From the NCBI GenBank assembly GCA_964543385.1, contig CAZIYE010000001.1:150001-182000 (forward strand): 32,000 nt of DNA, read 5' to 3'. This DNA comes from an uncultured Candidatus Saccharibacteria bacterium. GTDB taxonomy: Bacteria > Patescibacteriota > UBA1384 > XYA2-FULL-43-10 > 1-14-0-10-43-13. Below the pieces are notes generated by a model, which saw only the letters and a list, made by a program, of their open reading frames with translations, searched no databases and was not told the DNA's origin. A program made the position numbers and the translations under genes. Positions 8,368 through 16,752 of this stretch are shown here, one piece after another (position 1 is the first letter of the stretch; each line of letters opens with the position of its first letter).

Positions 8368-9678
8368 TTAAATAGTTTTGACTGCTTGAGTTCTTCCTAG
8401 CATCAATGTCAGTTGTGCTGCTCTAGGTGAACTCTTCTCCGCAACTGGTATTGCTGTAAGCTCAGCCTGTATGACACTCTCCATCATATCTCTGGCTGCC
8501 TTGTTACTGATATTGGCATGGAGAAAGTTATTAAATTGTCCCATTTTTGTAGTGCTGATAGCCCTTGCGTCTTTACCCAGATCAGCTGATGACGTAACTT
8601 CTCTTTTATAAACCTCAGTCATCATTTTTTGCATTTCTGCATCAAATGCTGGATCGCTACCGCCCCATACATCACCCATTTCATCTAGAGTTGAAGCTGC
8701 ATCATCGGTATCGAATACCTTATCTTTAGCTTTTTTGCCCGGACCCTTGATGATGGCATCTTTTGCTATCTTTAAGAGAGTATCGCGTAGAGTATCAAAA
8801 TCCTCTAGGTTATCCAATATCTCTTTGCGGGTAACACCAATTTGTTCAGTAAGGGTAGCTTTCTCCGTTGCTTTGACAGCGATATCTTTACTAGCCTCTG
8901 CTAGTCCCTTGATCCTTTCATCTAATTTTTTCTGAGAAAGTTCATATTGCTGTTTTTCAGCAAGCTCTCCATCTGACAATCTTTGTCTACCAAAAGATCT
9001 TAGAGTATTTTTAAATCTACCCCACCCGTTGAATCTTTCTTTACCGATTTTATCTTTAGCATCAGTATAAGCTGTTTCATTACCTGTTCTTACATCTGCC
9101 CCCTTATCCGCTTGAAGCTGCCAAGCAGCAGCAGTCTCAGTAAGACCCTCTTGAGTTAATTGGTGGTCCTTCAATTTATATTTAGATTTTAATTCCTGAT
9201 CAATCTTCTTTGCATCATCAGTAAATTTATTGAAATCATCAATCAGTTTCATATATTTCTCAGCGAAGTCCGGATCAGTTGCAGCCTTTTTGCCGAGATG
9301 AGATTCTATAGCATCACTAGCCTCCTTGAGGTTATCACCTTGAATAATCTTTAGCTTGCCTACAAATTCGTCAGACAAGAATTTCTTGAATTTATCCAAG
9401 GCAGGCTTAATCTTTGTATCATAATTTTCTGCCCAACTTGCAATCTCAGTAATATTGCCAGCCCCTGCTAAATAAGCGTTCATATCCAGGCTCTTTTCTT
9501 TTTGCGCTCTTGCCTGAACATATGCAAAAAAACCAGGGTCTCCGAGCTTGGCCTCGACATTTGCCTGGTCATATAGATTTGCATTTTCAGTGGAAATATT
9601 CCCCATCTCCTGACGAACGTCAGCCTCTGGAAGACTTTGAGCGCTTGGTACATCGACACTATATTTTCCCTCTACCAT
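8368..9678 (-). CDS. hypothetical helical/coiled-coil protein, 436 aa
   Basis: Long ORF rich in K/E/A/D heptad-like sequence; same strand as neighbours. Confidence 0.8.
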   Translation of the reverse strand: MVEGKYSVDVPSAQSLPEADVRQEMGNISTENANLYDQANVEAKLGDPGFFAYVQARAQKEKSLDMNAYLAGAGNITEIASWAENYDTKIKPALDKFKKFLSDEFVGKLKIIQGDNLKEASDAIESHLGKKAATDPDFAEKYMKLIDDFNKFTDDAKKIDQELKSKYKLKDHQLTQEGLTETAAAWQLQADKGADVRTGNETAYTDAKDKIGKERFNGWGRFKNTLRSFGRQRLSDGELAEKQQYELSQKKLDERIKGLAEASKDIAVKATEKATLTEQIGVTRKEILDNLEDFDTLRDTLLKIAKDAIIKGPGKKAKDKVFDTDDAASTLDEMGDVWGGSDPAFDAEMQKMMTEVYKREVTSSADLGKDARAISTTKMGQFNNFLHANISNKAARDMMESVIQAELTAIPVAEKSSPRAAQLTLMLGRTQAVKTI

Positions 9679-9747
9679 ATCACCTCCGAATTATATTTAT
9701 GATTATTATCACAAAAATAATTAGATAGTGTCAAATAAATGAGACTA

Positions 9748-10881
9748 TTATTTCTTCAGTTCTTTCATTAGATATAGGTATTGCCAAAGATTATGAAGTG
9801 TAGTCAGCCGTAATCCTAATATTTCTTTAGATCTTAAAAGGTGTGAAATATATGCTTTGCTAAATCCTTTACCATTTTTACAAGACGGACAGGCACAATC
9901 TATGTCTATTACATCAGAGTCAGTGCGATATTGAGAATTCAAAAGATTAATAAGTTTATATTCGTCCCCTTCTACTTTCCCCGCTCCCCTTTCTGCTTTT
10001 ACATAGACATTCCCATGTCTAGCAAGCCGCGTTGGTAAAACACAATCAAACATATCCATCCCAAGTTTTGTGGCTTTAATTATATCATCGGGAGTACCGA
10101 CACCCATCAGATATCGCTGTTTTTTTTCTGGTAGCATCTCACCCATTTGTTTCACAATATCCCACATTTCCCGTGTCTCTAAGTCAACTGCAAGACCGCC
10201 AACTGAGTAACCATCAAAATCAAGCGCTATTAGTTCTTTTGCTGATTTTTCTCTTAGATCTGGATAAAGTCCACCTTGGACAATACCATGAAGCAACGGA
10301 CGCTTCTCCACCGGTAAATCTTTTATTTGTAAATCAAAATATTCTTTTGCTCTCTTCGCCCAGACAGTTGTCAGTCTGATAGCTTCTTCCACAATCTTTT
10401 TGGAAGCGTTTCCGCTCGGACAAACATCGAGAGGCATTAATATATCAACTCCCAGATCTAGTTGTATTTGAATAACTTTTTCGGGAGTAAATAAGTGTTT
10501 ACTACCATCAAGAAATGATTTGAATTCCACGCCATCCTCAGTAATCTTGACTAAGGAAGCATCTTTTTTGTTTCCCCTATCACTAAGAGAAAACACTTGA
10601 TAGCCACCGGAGTCAGTGAGAATAGGGCGATCCCATTTCATAAAATTATGAAGCCCTCCTAATTCCTTTATCAATTTCTCACCTGGTCGGAGATACAGAT
10701 GATAAGTATTGGATAAAACAATTTGAGCCCCCAGATTTTCCAACTCTTCTGGAGAAACAGATTTCACACTGCCAACCGTACCGACAGGCATGAAAAAAGG
10801 CGTCTCGATCTTACCGTGAGGTGTATCAAGCTCGCCGATACGAACACCATTATCTAATTTTTGTATAAGTTTAAAAGACAT
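9748..10881 (-). CDS. tgt: tRNA-guanine transglycosylase
   Basis: TPHGKIETPFFMPVGT, LSNTYHLYLRPG, DSGGYQVFSL, LPLDVCP-type region, and C-terminal zinc motif CDCACPSCKNG...H. Confidence 0.95.
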   Translation of the reverse strand: MSFKLIQKLDNGVRIGELDTPHGKIETPFFMPVGTVGSVKSVSPEELENLGAQIVLSNTYHLYLRPGEKLIKELGGLHNFMKWDRPILTDSGGYQVFSLSDRGNKKDASLVKITEDGVEFKSFLDGSKHLFTPEKVIQIQLDLGVDILMPLDVCPSGNASKKIVEEAIRLTTVWAKRAKEYFDLQIKDLPVEKRPLLHGIVQGGLYPDLREKSAKELIALDFDGYSVGGLAVDLETREMWDIVKQMGEMLPEKKQRYLMGVGTPDDIIKATKLGMDMFDCVLPTRLARHGNVYVKAERGAGKVEGDEYKLINLLNSQYRTDSDVIDIDCACPSCKNGKGFSKAYISHLLRSKEILGLRLTTLHNLWQYLYLMKELKK

Positions 10882-10895
10882 ATTTGTTTTGTTGT

Positions 10896-10931
10896 GTGGT
10901 CAGGTCCTCCAAAGGAGGAGGGCCTGACCAC
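10896..10931 (-). promoter_or_regulatory. strong GC-rich hairpin between the GC-rich gene and the tgt start
   Basis: GTGGTCAGG..CCTCC AAA GGAGG..CCTGACCAC; no U-tract follows. Confidence 0.6.
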
Positions 10932-10950
10932 GGAAGACCGACGATGTATC

Positions 10951-11304
10951 TTATATCAGTTCACTGCTGACACAGCAGAGGTCGATGACCTCTTGTCCGA
11001 TCTGACGAATAACCGTCGCGTACTCGTCATCGCCGAAATCGGACGAGCCGATCCACTGAATCTGGGCACCGATTGCCTCAGCAATCTTAACCGCCGTGTG
11101 GAAACTGCCAATCAGCTCTTCAGTTGGTGCATTCCGACAAATCGAAGCCGGAACTGACTCCAAGCAAGCTGCCAGAACCTCAAGCGGTAGCATGCGGCTA
11201 CCCAGACTTGACGTGCTTTCGACTCCGTAGATATCGTCATGTAGACGACGACGAAGCACATAAAGCGCATCTTGAAACCCATTAATGGCATCCATAAGTG
11301 CCAC
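10951..11304 (-). CDS. GC-rich gene: hypothetical protein, about 115 aa
   Basis: ORF with SD AGGAGGTGG; ATG at about 11295 is a better start than the listed GTG. Base composition differs from flanking tgt and rplL. Confidence 0.65.
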   Translation of the reverse strand: MALMDAINGFQDALYVLRRRLHDDIYGVESTSSLGSRMLPLEVLAACLESVPASICRNAPTEELIGSFHTAVKIAEAIGAQIQWIGSSDFGDDEYATVIRQIGQEVIDLCCVSSELI

Positions 11305-11315
11305 CTCCTAACATT

Positions 11316-11344
11316 TTTATAACATTTTTAGCAAAGATTGTCCA
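11316..11344 (-). promoter_or_regulatory. promoter for the GC-rich 117-aa ORF
   Basis: Minus strand TGGACA (11344-11339), 17 nt, TATAAA (11321-11316), immediately upstream of the SD. Confidence 0.6.
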
Positions 11345-11361
11345 TGACAGAGTCCGCCACG

Positions 11362-11387
11362 AAAAAAGAGCCCTTGCGGACTCTTTT
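11362..11387 (-). terminator. terminator after rplL
   Basis: AAAAAGAGTCCGCAAGGGCTCTTTTTT hairpin plus U-tract on the minus strand. Confidence 0.85.
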
Positions 11388-11421
11388 TCCAATATTCAAG
11401 ACTCTATATTATAGACTCTGA

Positions 11422-11826
11422 CTATTTCATTTCGACAGTTGCGCCAGCAGCTTCAAGTTTTGCTTTTGCAGCTTCAGCATCTTCTTTTTTAGCACCCTTT
11501 AGAACTTCTTTTGGAGCACCATCAACAAGATCTTTTGCTTCTTTAAGACCTAGATCAGGTTTGATCTCTCGAACAGCCTTAATAACATTGATCTTCTGAG
11601 CACCAGCGGCAGACAAGATAACATCGAAAGATGTTTTCTCTTCAACAGCTTCAGCAGGAGCAGCAGCACCACCAGCAACCATGGCAACTGGAGCAGCAGC
11701 AGATACGCCGAATTTCTCTTCAAGAACTTTTACAAGCTCTGCAAGGTCAAGAACTGATAGGTTCTCAATCTTTTCTACTAGTTCCTTGAATTTCTCAGGA
11801 ACAACAACTTCTTTTTTCTCTTCCAT
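11422..11826 (-). CDS. rplL: 50S ribosomal protein L7/L12
   Basis: [17 protein letters not shown] and [44 protein letters not shown]. Confidence 0.97.
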   Translation of the reverse strand: MEEKKEVVVPEKFKELVEKIENLSVLDLAELVKVLEEKFGVSAAAPVAMVAGGAAAPAEAVEEKTSFDVILSAAGAQKINVIKAVREIKPDLGLKEAKDLVDGAPKEVLKGAKKEDAEAAKAKLEAAGATVEMK

Positions 11827-11878
11827 TGTAAACCCTTTACTTAAATATTTATTAATAAAATACTAACTTACTTATTTT

Positions 11879-12400
11879 TTAAGCTTTTTTCTCTTTATAA
11901 GAATTCAATACATTTACCAAACCACGGATATTGCCTGCCAATACGTTGACCATCCCGGACAATGGTGCTGATATTGAACCGACCATCTTTGCCAATAATT
12001 CCTCTCGACTAGGAAGCAATGCAAGTCTTTTAACAGCTGATGCGTCAATCATCTTTTTTTCCAAGATACCAGCAAGAATTTCAATTGCTTCATGTTTCTT
12101 TGCAAAAAGATCGATTTCCTTTGCAGGTGCAACTTCATCTTCCATTGCGAAAGCAATCGCTACAGGTTTTTTGAAGATATTCTCATCAAATTCAATACCA
12201 TGCTTTTTCAATGCGATTTTAACCAAGGTATTTTTTGCAACATTGAATTGAACACCCTTTGCTCTCAAGATATTTCTCAGTTCTTCTGTTTCATTAACCT
12301 TCAAACCTTTATAGTCAACAATAACTGCAGATTTAGCAATCTGTAATTGACCATCTAACTTTGAAATTAACTCTTCTTTTTTTTGCTTTGTTTTTGCCAT
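11879..12400 (-). CDS. rplJ: 50S ribosomal protein L10
   Basis: VDYKGLKVNETEELRNILRAKGVQFNVAKNTLVKIAL; adjacent to rplL. Confidence 0.95.
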   Translation of the reverse strand: MAKTKQKKEELISKLDGQLQIAKSAVIVDYKGLKVNETEELRNILRAKGVQFNVAKNTLVKIALKKHGIEFDENIFKKPVAIAFAMEDEVAPAKEIDLFAKKHEAIEILAGILEKKMIDASAVKRLALLPSREELLAKMVGSISAPLSGMVNVLAGNIRGLVNVLNSYKEKKA

Positions 12401-12443
12401 TTTTTATCCGTATTTTTAAATATTAATAATTCTTAACAAAAAA

Positions 12444-12600
12444 TCCTGCGACCAACGCAGGAAATAATAATTAAACTCTATAGCTCAGAACCTATAACTT
12501 TTAATTATCCTGCACGAGACTTACTTCAGATGAATGCTTGTGGTCATTGGGATAAAATTACTATAGCAAAAAGTGGTATAGACGTCAACAGTTTCAAAAA
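12444..12600 (-). promoter_or_regulatory. probable ribosomal protein L10 leader / attenuator; boundaries approximate
   Basis: About 200-nt spacer upstream of rplJ ending in terminator hairpin TCCTGCG(TTGGT)CGCAGGA followed by TTTTTTG on the minus strand (12462-12444). Confidence 0.55.
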
Positions 12601-12630
12601 CCGCCCATGCAGCAATGCTTGAGCGGTTTT
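12597..12630 (-). terminator. terminator after rplA
   Basis: AAAACCGC...GCGGTTTT imperfect hairpin, with A/T on both sides. Confidence 0.7.
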
Positions 12631-12650
12631 CTTTAGAACTTTATAACTTT

Positions 12651-13478
12651 CTACTTCTTCGCAACCTTGATACCAGGACCCATGGTTGTCGATAGATAAA
12701 TCGAATCAATTCTTTTAGGCAGGTGATCAATAATTGCCACAAAATTCTGTTTCATTCTATCTGCGCCAAACGATATTTTACCGATAGTCATATGAACAAC
12801 ATTCAATTTATCAGCTCTAAATTCAACTTTACCCCCCTTTAATTCTGCTGCTGCTTTTTTAACATCAGGAACTACGGTACCAGCTTTTGGAGAAGGCATT
12901 AGGCCTTTAGGACCTAAAACTTTAGCTAGTTGTGCTAATTTTGGCATTACCTTCATATCAGCAATCATAACATCAAAATCGATTTTTCCAGCTTTGATAT
13001 TGACTATAACCTCTTCTACATTATCTTCAATAACTTCCAATACTTTTTTCTCTTTGGTTACGCCACCTGGCAAGATTACCATGCCACGAGTATTTTTTTC
13101 CTTGATGTTTAATTTGACATGCATTTCTACGGTTGCATCAAACTTTGAAGGATTTGTTTCGAGGGCAAGAGCAATAGCCTCATCTACAGAATATTCTTTA
13201 TCTTTTTCAACCTTTTCAGCGATTTGGCGATATTTTTTGCCATGTCTAGGCTTTACCCTTTGCTGTACTTTTCTAGCAATTTTTTCCTCACGCTCTTCTG
13301 CTTTTTCCTTCTTCTCTTCTGCTTTCTTTTCTTCCTTCTCAGCTTCTTCTTGCATCTTGCGCAATTTCTCACGCTCTTCTGCTTGTTTTAGAACCTCTTT
13401 TTCCGAAAGTTCGACAGTTGCTTCTTGTACAACCTCTTCTAGGACTTTCTCTTCCTTTTTCACATCTTTCTTAACCAT
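12651..13478 (-). CDS. rplA: 50S ribosomal protein L1 with charged N-terminal extension
   Basis: VDEAIALALETNPSKFDATVEMHVKLNIK..., KVLGPKGLMPSPKAGTV, VEFRADKLNVVHMTIGK; roughly 80-aa K/E-rich N-terminus. Confidence 0.96.
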   Translation of the reverse strand: MVKKDVKKEEKVLEEVVQEATVELSEKEVLKQAEEREKLRKMQEEAEKEEKKAEEKKEKAEEREEKIARKVQQRVKPRHGKKYRQIAEKVEKDKEYSVDEAIALALETNPSKFDATVEMHVKLNIKEKNTRGMVILPGGVTKEKKVLEVIEDNVEEVIVNIKAGKIDFDVMIADMKVMPKLAQLAKVLGPKGLMPSPKAGTVVPDVKKAAAELKGGKVEFRADKLNVVHMTIGKISFGADRMKQNFVAIIDHLPKRIDSIYLSTTMGPGIKVAKK

Positions 13479-13604
13479 TTTTCTCCTTTGTGGTACAAGC
13501 GTCCAAAAGATTAGACTCCCACTTAATTTAGTAATACTTTATTCTTATAACAAAAAAACTGTTTTTTGACAAGGAAATCCCCCGCTATATAGCGAGGGAT
13601 AGGT

Positions 13605-13689
13605 TGGTCGGGGCCCCCAGAATCGAACTGGGAAATCTGCAGAGGATACTTTTGTATCTTGCAGCGCAACTTCCTGTTGCCAGGCCCTG
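13605..13689 (-). tRNA. tRNA-like gene of unassigned identity, with oversized anticodon loop
   Basis: Acceptor CAGGGCC/GGCCCCG (one mismatch), D-arm GCAAC-AGGAA-GTTGC, anticodon-stem-like CTGCA/TGCAG with an 18-nt loop containing GATAC-AAAA-GTATC, T-arm CCCAG-TTCGATT-CTGGG, encoded ACCA end. Confidence 0.55.
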
Positions 13690-13699
13690 AAAAAACAAA

Positions 13700-13720
13700 A
13701 ATCCGCGACTGTCGCGGATT
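13700..13720 (-). terminator. terminator after pth
   Basis: AATCCGCGACAGTCGCGGATT followed by TTTGTTTTTT on the minus strand. Confidence 0.85.
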
Positions 13721-13751
13721 AGTTGCTCGGAGTTAAATTTGATTTTAAAAA

Positions 13752-14381
13752 TTACTGTGAATCAAATTTCACTTCAAGCGTATGAGCCGGAATTTCTGTC
13801 TTACTACCGAGAAATGGCATGATATATTTGATAATTTCTTCTATCATACTTTTTAGAACTGGCTTTTCTCTCTGGTTAAATTTTGACAATACAAAATCGG
13901 CAGTATCAATATTGTTCATTATTGGCTCTGGCTTGTCAGCGTCTCCACCGATGGCATTTATACCAATACGGATACGCAGAAAGCTATTGTCCCCCAACAA
14001 ATCAATAATGTTTTGCAAACCTTTTTGCCCGCCACTAGAACCCTCATGACGGATACGTGCTGTGCCAAGTGGCAAGTCTTTATCATCAGATATTACTATC
14101 AGATCAGAAATATCCATTTTGTAAAATGACATTATTTTTTGAACTGCTTGTCCAGAAAGGTTCATATAAGTCTGAGGTTTTACTAAAATTAACTTCTCAC
14201 CCTTATATAAAGTCTCTGCGATCATAGAATCAAACTTATCTGATTTCTGGAAATTAATGCATTCCCCATCCATCATCAATTCGTCATCGCAAATAATTTG
14301 ATCAAGAAAATAGAAGCCGGCATTGTGACGAGTTCCTTCATACTGTTTACCTGGATTTCCTAAACCAACGATTAATTTCAT
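13752..14381 (-). CDS. pth: peptidyl-tRNA hydrolase
   Basis: MKLIVGLGNPGKQYEGTRHNAGF, KPQTYMNLSG, SGGQKGLQNII. Listed ORF start at 14414 is probably upstream of the real start. Confidence 0.95.
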   Translation of the reverse strand: MKLIVGLGNPGKQYEGTRHNAGFYFLDQIICDDELMMDGECINFQKSDKFDSMIAETLYKGEKLILVKPQTYMNLSGQAVQKIMSFYKMDISDLIVISDDKDLPLGTARIRHEGSSGGQKGLQNIIDLLGDNSFLRIRIGINAIGGDADKPEPIMNNIDTADFVLSKFNQREKPVLKSMIEEIIKYIMPFLGSKTEIPAHTLEVKFDSQ

Positions 14382-14477
14382 TATTTTCCATTCATCATTT
14401 TTTACATTTTTCATTAATTTATCATTTCATTATTTTCCATTTAAATGGGTAATGAAAAACGATCAATGAGCAATTGA

Positions 14478-14783
14478 TTATAGCCCTGGTATCCCTAGTC
14501 CCCCCGCAACATCCTTCATTTTCTCTGCAGCGACAGCTTGCGCTCTAGAGATTGCCTGAGAGATAGAATTTTTCAAATCTTTCTCAAGCTCTCTTTTATT
14601 TTCTGGACGAAGAGCATCCTCAGAAATCTGAATCTCAGTTAGATGCTGCTCACCATTGAATACAACTGTTACCCATCCATCATTGCTGGAAGCTTCTACC
14701 TCGATATCCTTCAACTCTTTTTGGATTGCTTTTGCTTTTTTCTGTAATGCGTACAAATCTTTAATCTTGCCAAAATCCACCAT
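14478..14783 (-). CDS. YbaB/EbfC family nucleoid-associated protein
   Basis: LQKKAKAIQKELKDIEVEAS...V.V.FNGEQHLTEIQIS...LE.DLKNSISQAISRAQ. Confidence 0.85.
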   Translation of the reverse strand: MVDFGKIKDLYALQKKAKAIQKELKDIEVEASSNDGWVTVVFNGEQHLTEIQISEDALRPENKRELEKDLKNSISQAISRAQAVAAEKMKDVAGGLGIPGL

Positions 14784-14866
14784 CTGTCTCCTTAGTAACT
14801 TACTTAATAATTTATTAAATTTACTTATATATTTTTACAATCTTGTCCAAATATTTTTCCGGTTGC

Positions 14867-15640
14867 TCATCTCTTGAAAAGTTTTGATAGAGCAAAAATA
14901 ATAATACTGAAAACAAAGGCTAAAATCAACAACAGGAGTATCGGGGATAGTAATACTAATATGCGATCAGTTGGAAAATTGACCATCTCCAAAAAGCTAA
15001 ACTTAAAATAAAAAATTATGGCAGCTAAAAATATGAGTAGCAACGCTGGAATCAAAATATTTTTCATGTCCTGTTTACTAGGAGTCATTGTAACCGCAAC
15101 AGAAAGAGCTAGATAAATAATTATCCAATTTTTATAATCAGATAGATTTATAGCGGAAACTAAATTCTTAAAATAACTTATTAGATCTTGATACTTGAAA
15201 GCAATAACATTTAAATCATATTCCTTCATACCAATCCAGCTTGAGAGGAAATAAATTGCGACAACTCCGGCAGCAAATGGAGCAATAGATATAAGGACTG
15301 GACCAATCACTGGTATTTTTGAAGATTCATGCTCTACACTACCACCGTCCTTGTCAAATAAAGAAATGCTTTTTATCTTTGCGCCAGTCAAAAAGCAAAG
15401 AAGTGCATGAGACAATTCATGCAAAATTACACCTGGCGATACAAAAAGGCGATACCCTAATCCTAAAAATGAATTAACAAGAAGACGATCAATCGCAAAA
15501 GAGATAAATAATATCAACAAAATACAAATCATGAGCTCCACTTCCCTAGACTGGAAATCAAATTTTAGAATAGGCCAAGAGAACCCATCTAATAACTCAG
15601 AGAAATAACTACTGATATTATCAATGTATGAATTTATCAT
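14867..15640 (-). CDS. multi-TM M50-like metalloprotease
   Basis: VSPGVILHELSHALLCFLTGAKI (HExxH) with several TM helices. Confidence 0.7.
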   Translation of the reverse strand: MINSYIDNISSYFSELLDGFSWPILKFDFQSREVELMICILLILFISFAIDRLLVNSFLGLGYRLFVSPGVILHELSHALLCFLTGAKIKSISLFDKDGGSVEHESSKIPVIGPVLISIAPFAAGVVAIYFLSSWIGMKEYDLNVIAFKYQDLISYFKNLVSAINLSDYKNWIIIYLALSVAVTMTPSKQDMKNILIPALLLIFLAAIIFYFKFSFLEMVNFPTDRILVLLSPILLLLILAFVFSIIIFALSKLFKR

Positions 15641-15658
15641 ATACCCTCCAGATAGTTT

Positions 15659-16684
15659 CTACTCTTTATTTTCTACTTTTCTTAGCTCTGCGTCTATAAA
15701 TCCACCTATATCACCGCCCAAGACTTCATCCGGATTCTTCGATTCAAATCCAGTCCGATGGTCTTTAACTAATTTATATGGATGCAGCACGTATGATCTT
15801 ATTTGATTCCCCCACTCAGGAGATGCAAAGTTGCCTTTCAACTCTTCGACTCTCTCTTTCTGCTGTTCAATCATCAATTGAGCAAGACGGGAACGCAGAA
15901 CTTTCATCGCCATTTCTTTATTTTGCAATTGGCTTCTCTCATTTTGACATATAGAGACAATTCCGGTTGGAATATGAGTTATTCTCACAGCTGAATCAGT
16001 AGTATTTACAGATTGACCACCGTGACCACCTGCGCGATATACATCGATTCGCAAATCATTTTGATCAATTACAACTTCTTTCTCTGTTTCGATTTCAGGC
16101 AGGACTTGAACAAGAGCGAAAGAAGTCTGACGCAAAGCCTTAGCATTAAATGGTGATTGTCGGACTAATCGGTGAACTCCGGATTCACCACTTAGTTTGC
16201 CATAGGCATAGGGACCATTTACCTCCACCACAGCGCTCTTTATCCCTGCTTCAGTACCCTTGGATTGGTCAATGATATTTGTATCGAAATTATTTTGTTC
16301 TGCCCAACGCAGATACATTCGAAGAAGCATCTCGGTCCAATCTTGGGCATCGACACCACCAGCCCCGGCATAAAAGTTTAGAATTGCATTGTGCTGATCA
16401 AATTTTCCATTAAAAAAAGTTAGCTTCTCTAATTCGGCGATTTCGCCGCTCAGTGATTCTAGCTCGCTATCGTTAGCGATTTCTGCAATATCACTTATCT
16501 CGTCGAAACGGCTGACCTCGTCTTTTAGATTCTTTAGCTCTTTATTTCGCTTGTTTGCTCTTACTTCGTCTAACCAGAAATCAGGCTCCATCATCTCGCC
16601 TTCTATGCCAATAATCATCTCTTTTTTCTGATCTATGTTGAGTATTTTTCGCAAATCTTCTATTTTTTGTCTTAGATTTTCCAT
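15659..16684 (-). CDS. prfB: peptide chain release factor 2
   Basis: GGHGGQSVNTTDSAVRITHIPTG; specificity loop reads SPF (VRQSPFNAKALRQTSF), which indicates RF2. Confidence 0.95.
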   Translation of the reverse strand: MENLRQKIEDLRKILNIDQKKEMIIGIEGEMMEPDFWLDEVRANKRNKELKNLKDEVSRFDEISDIAEIANDSELESLSGEIAELEKLTFFNGKFDQHNAILNFYAGAGGVDAQDWTEMLLRMYLRWAEQNNFDTNIIDQSKGTEAGIKSAVVEVNGPYAYGKLSGESGVHRLVRQSPFNAKALRQTSFALVQVLPEIETEKEVVIDQNDLRIDVYRAGGHGGQSVNTTDSAVRITHIPTGIVSICQNERSQLQNKEMAMKVLRSRLAQLMIEQQKERVEELKGNFASPEWGNQIRSYVLHPYKLVKDHRTGFESKNPDEVLGGDIGGFIDAELRKVENKE

Positions 16685-16711
16685 GCCATTATCCTAACAC
16701 AAAGTAAATAT

Positions 16712-16741
16712 AAAATCACCCCGCGAATGCAGGGTGATTTT
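16712..16741 (-). terminator. terminator after the surface-protein gene
   Basis: AAAATCACCC / GGGTGATTTT hairpin. Confidence 0.8.
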
Positions 16742-16752
16742 ATTATTAGACT

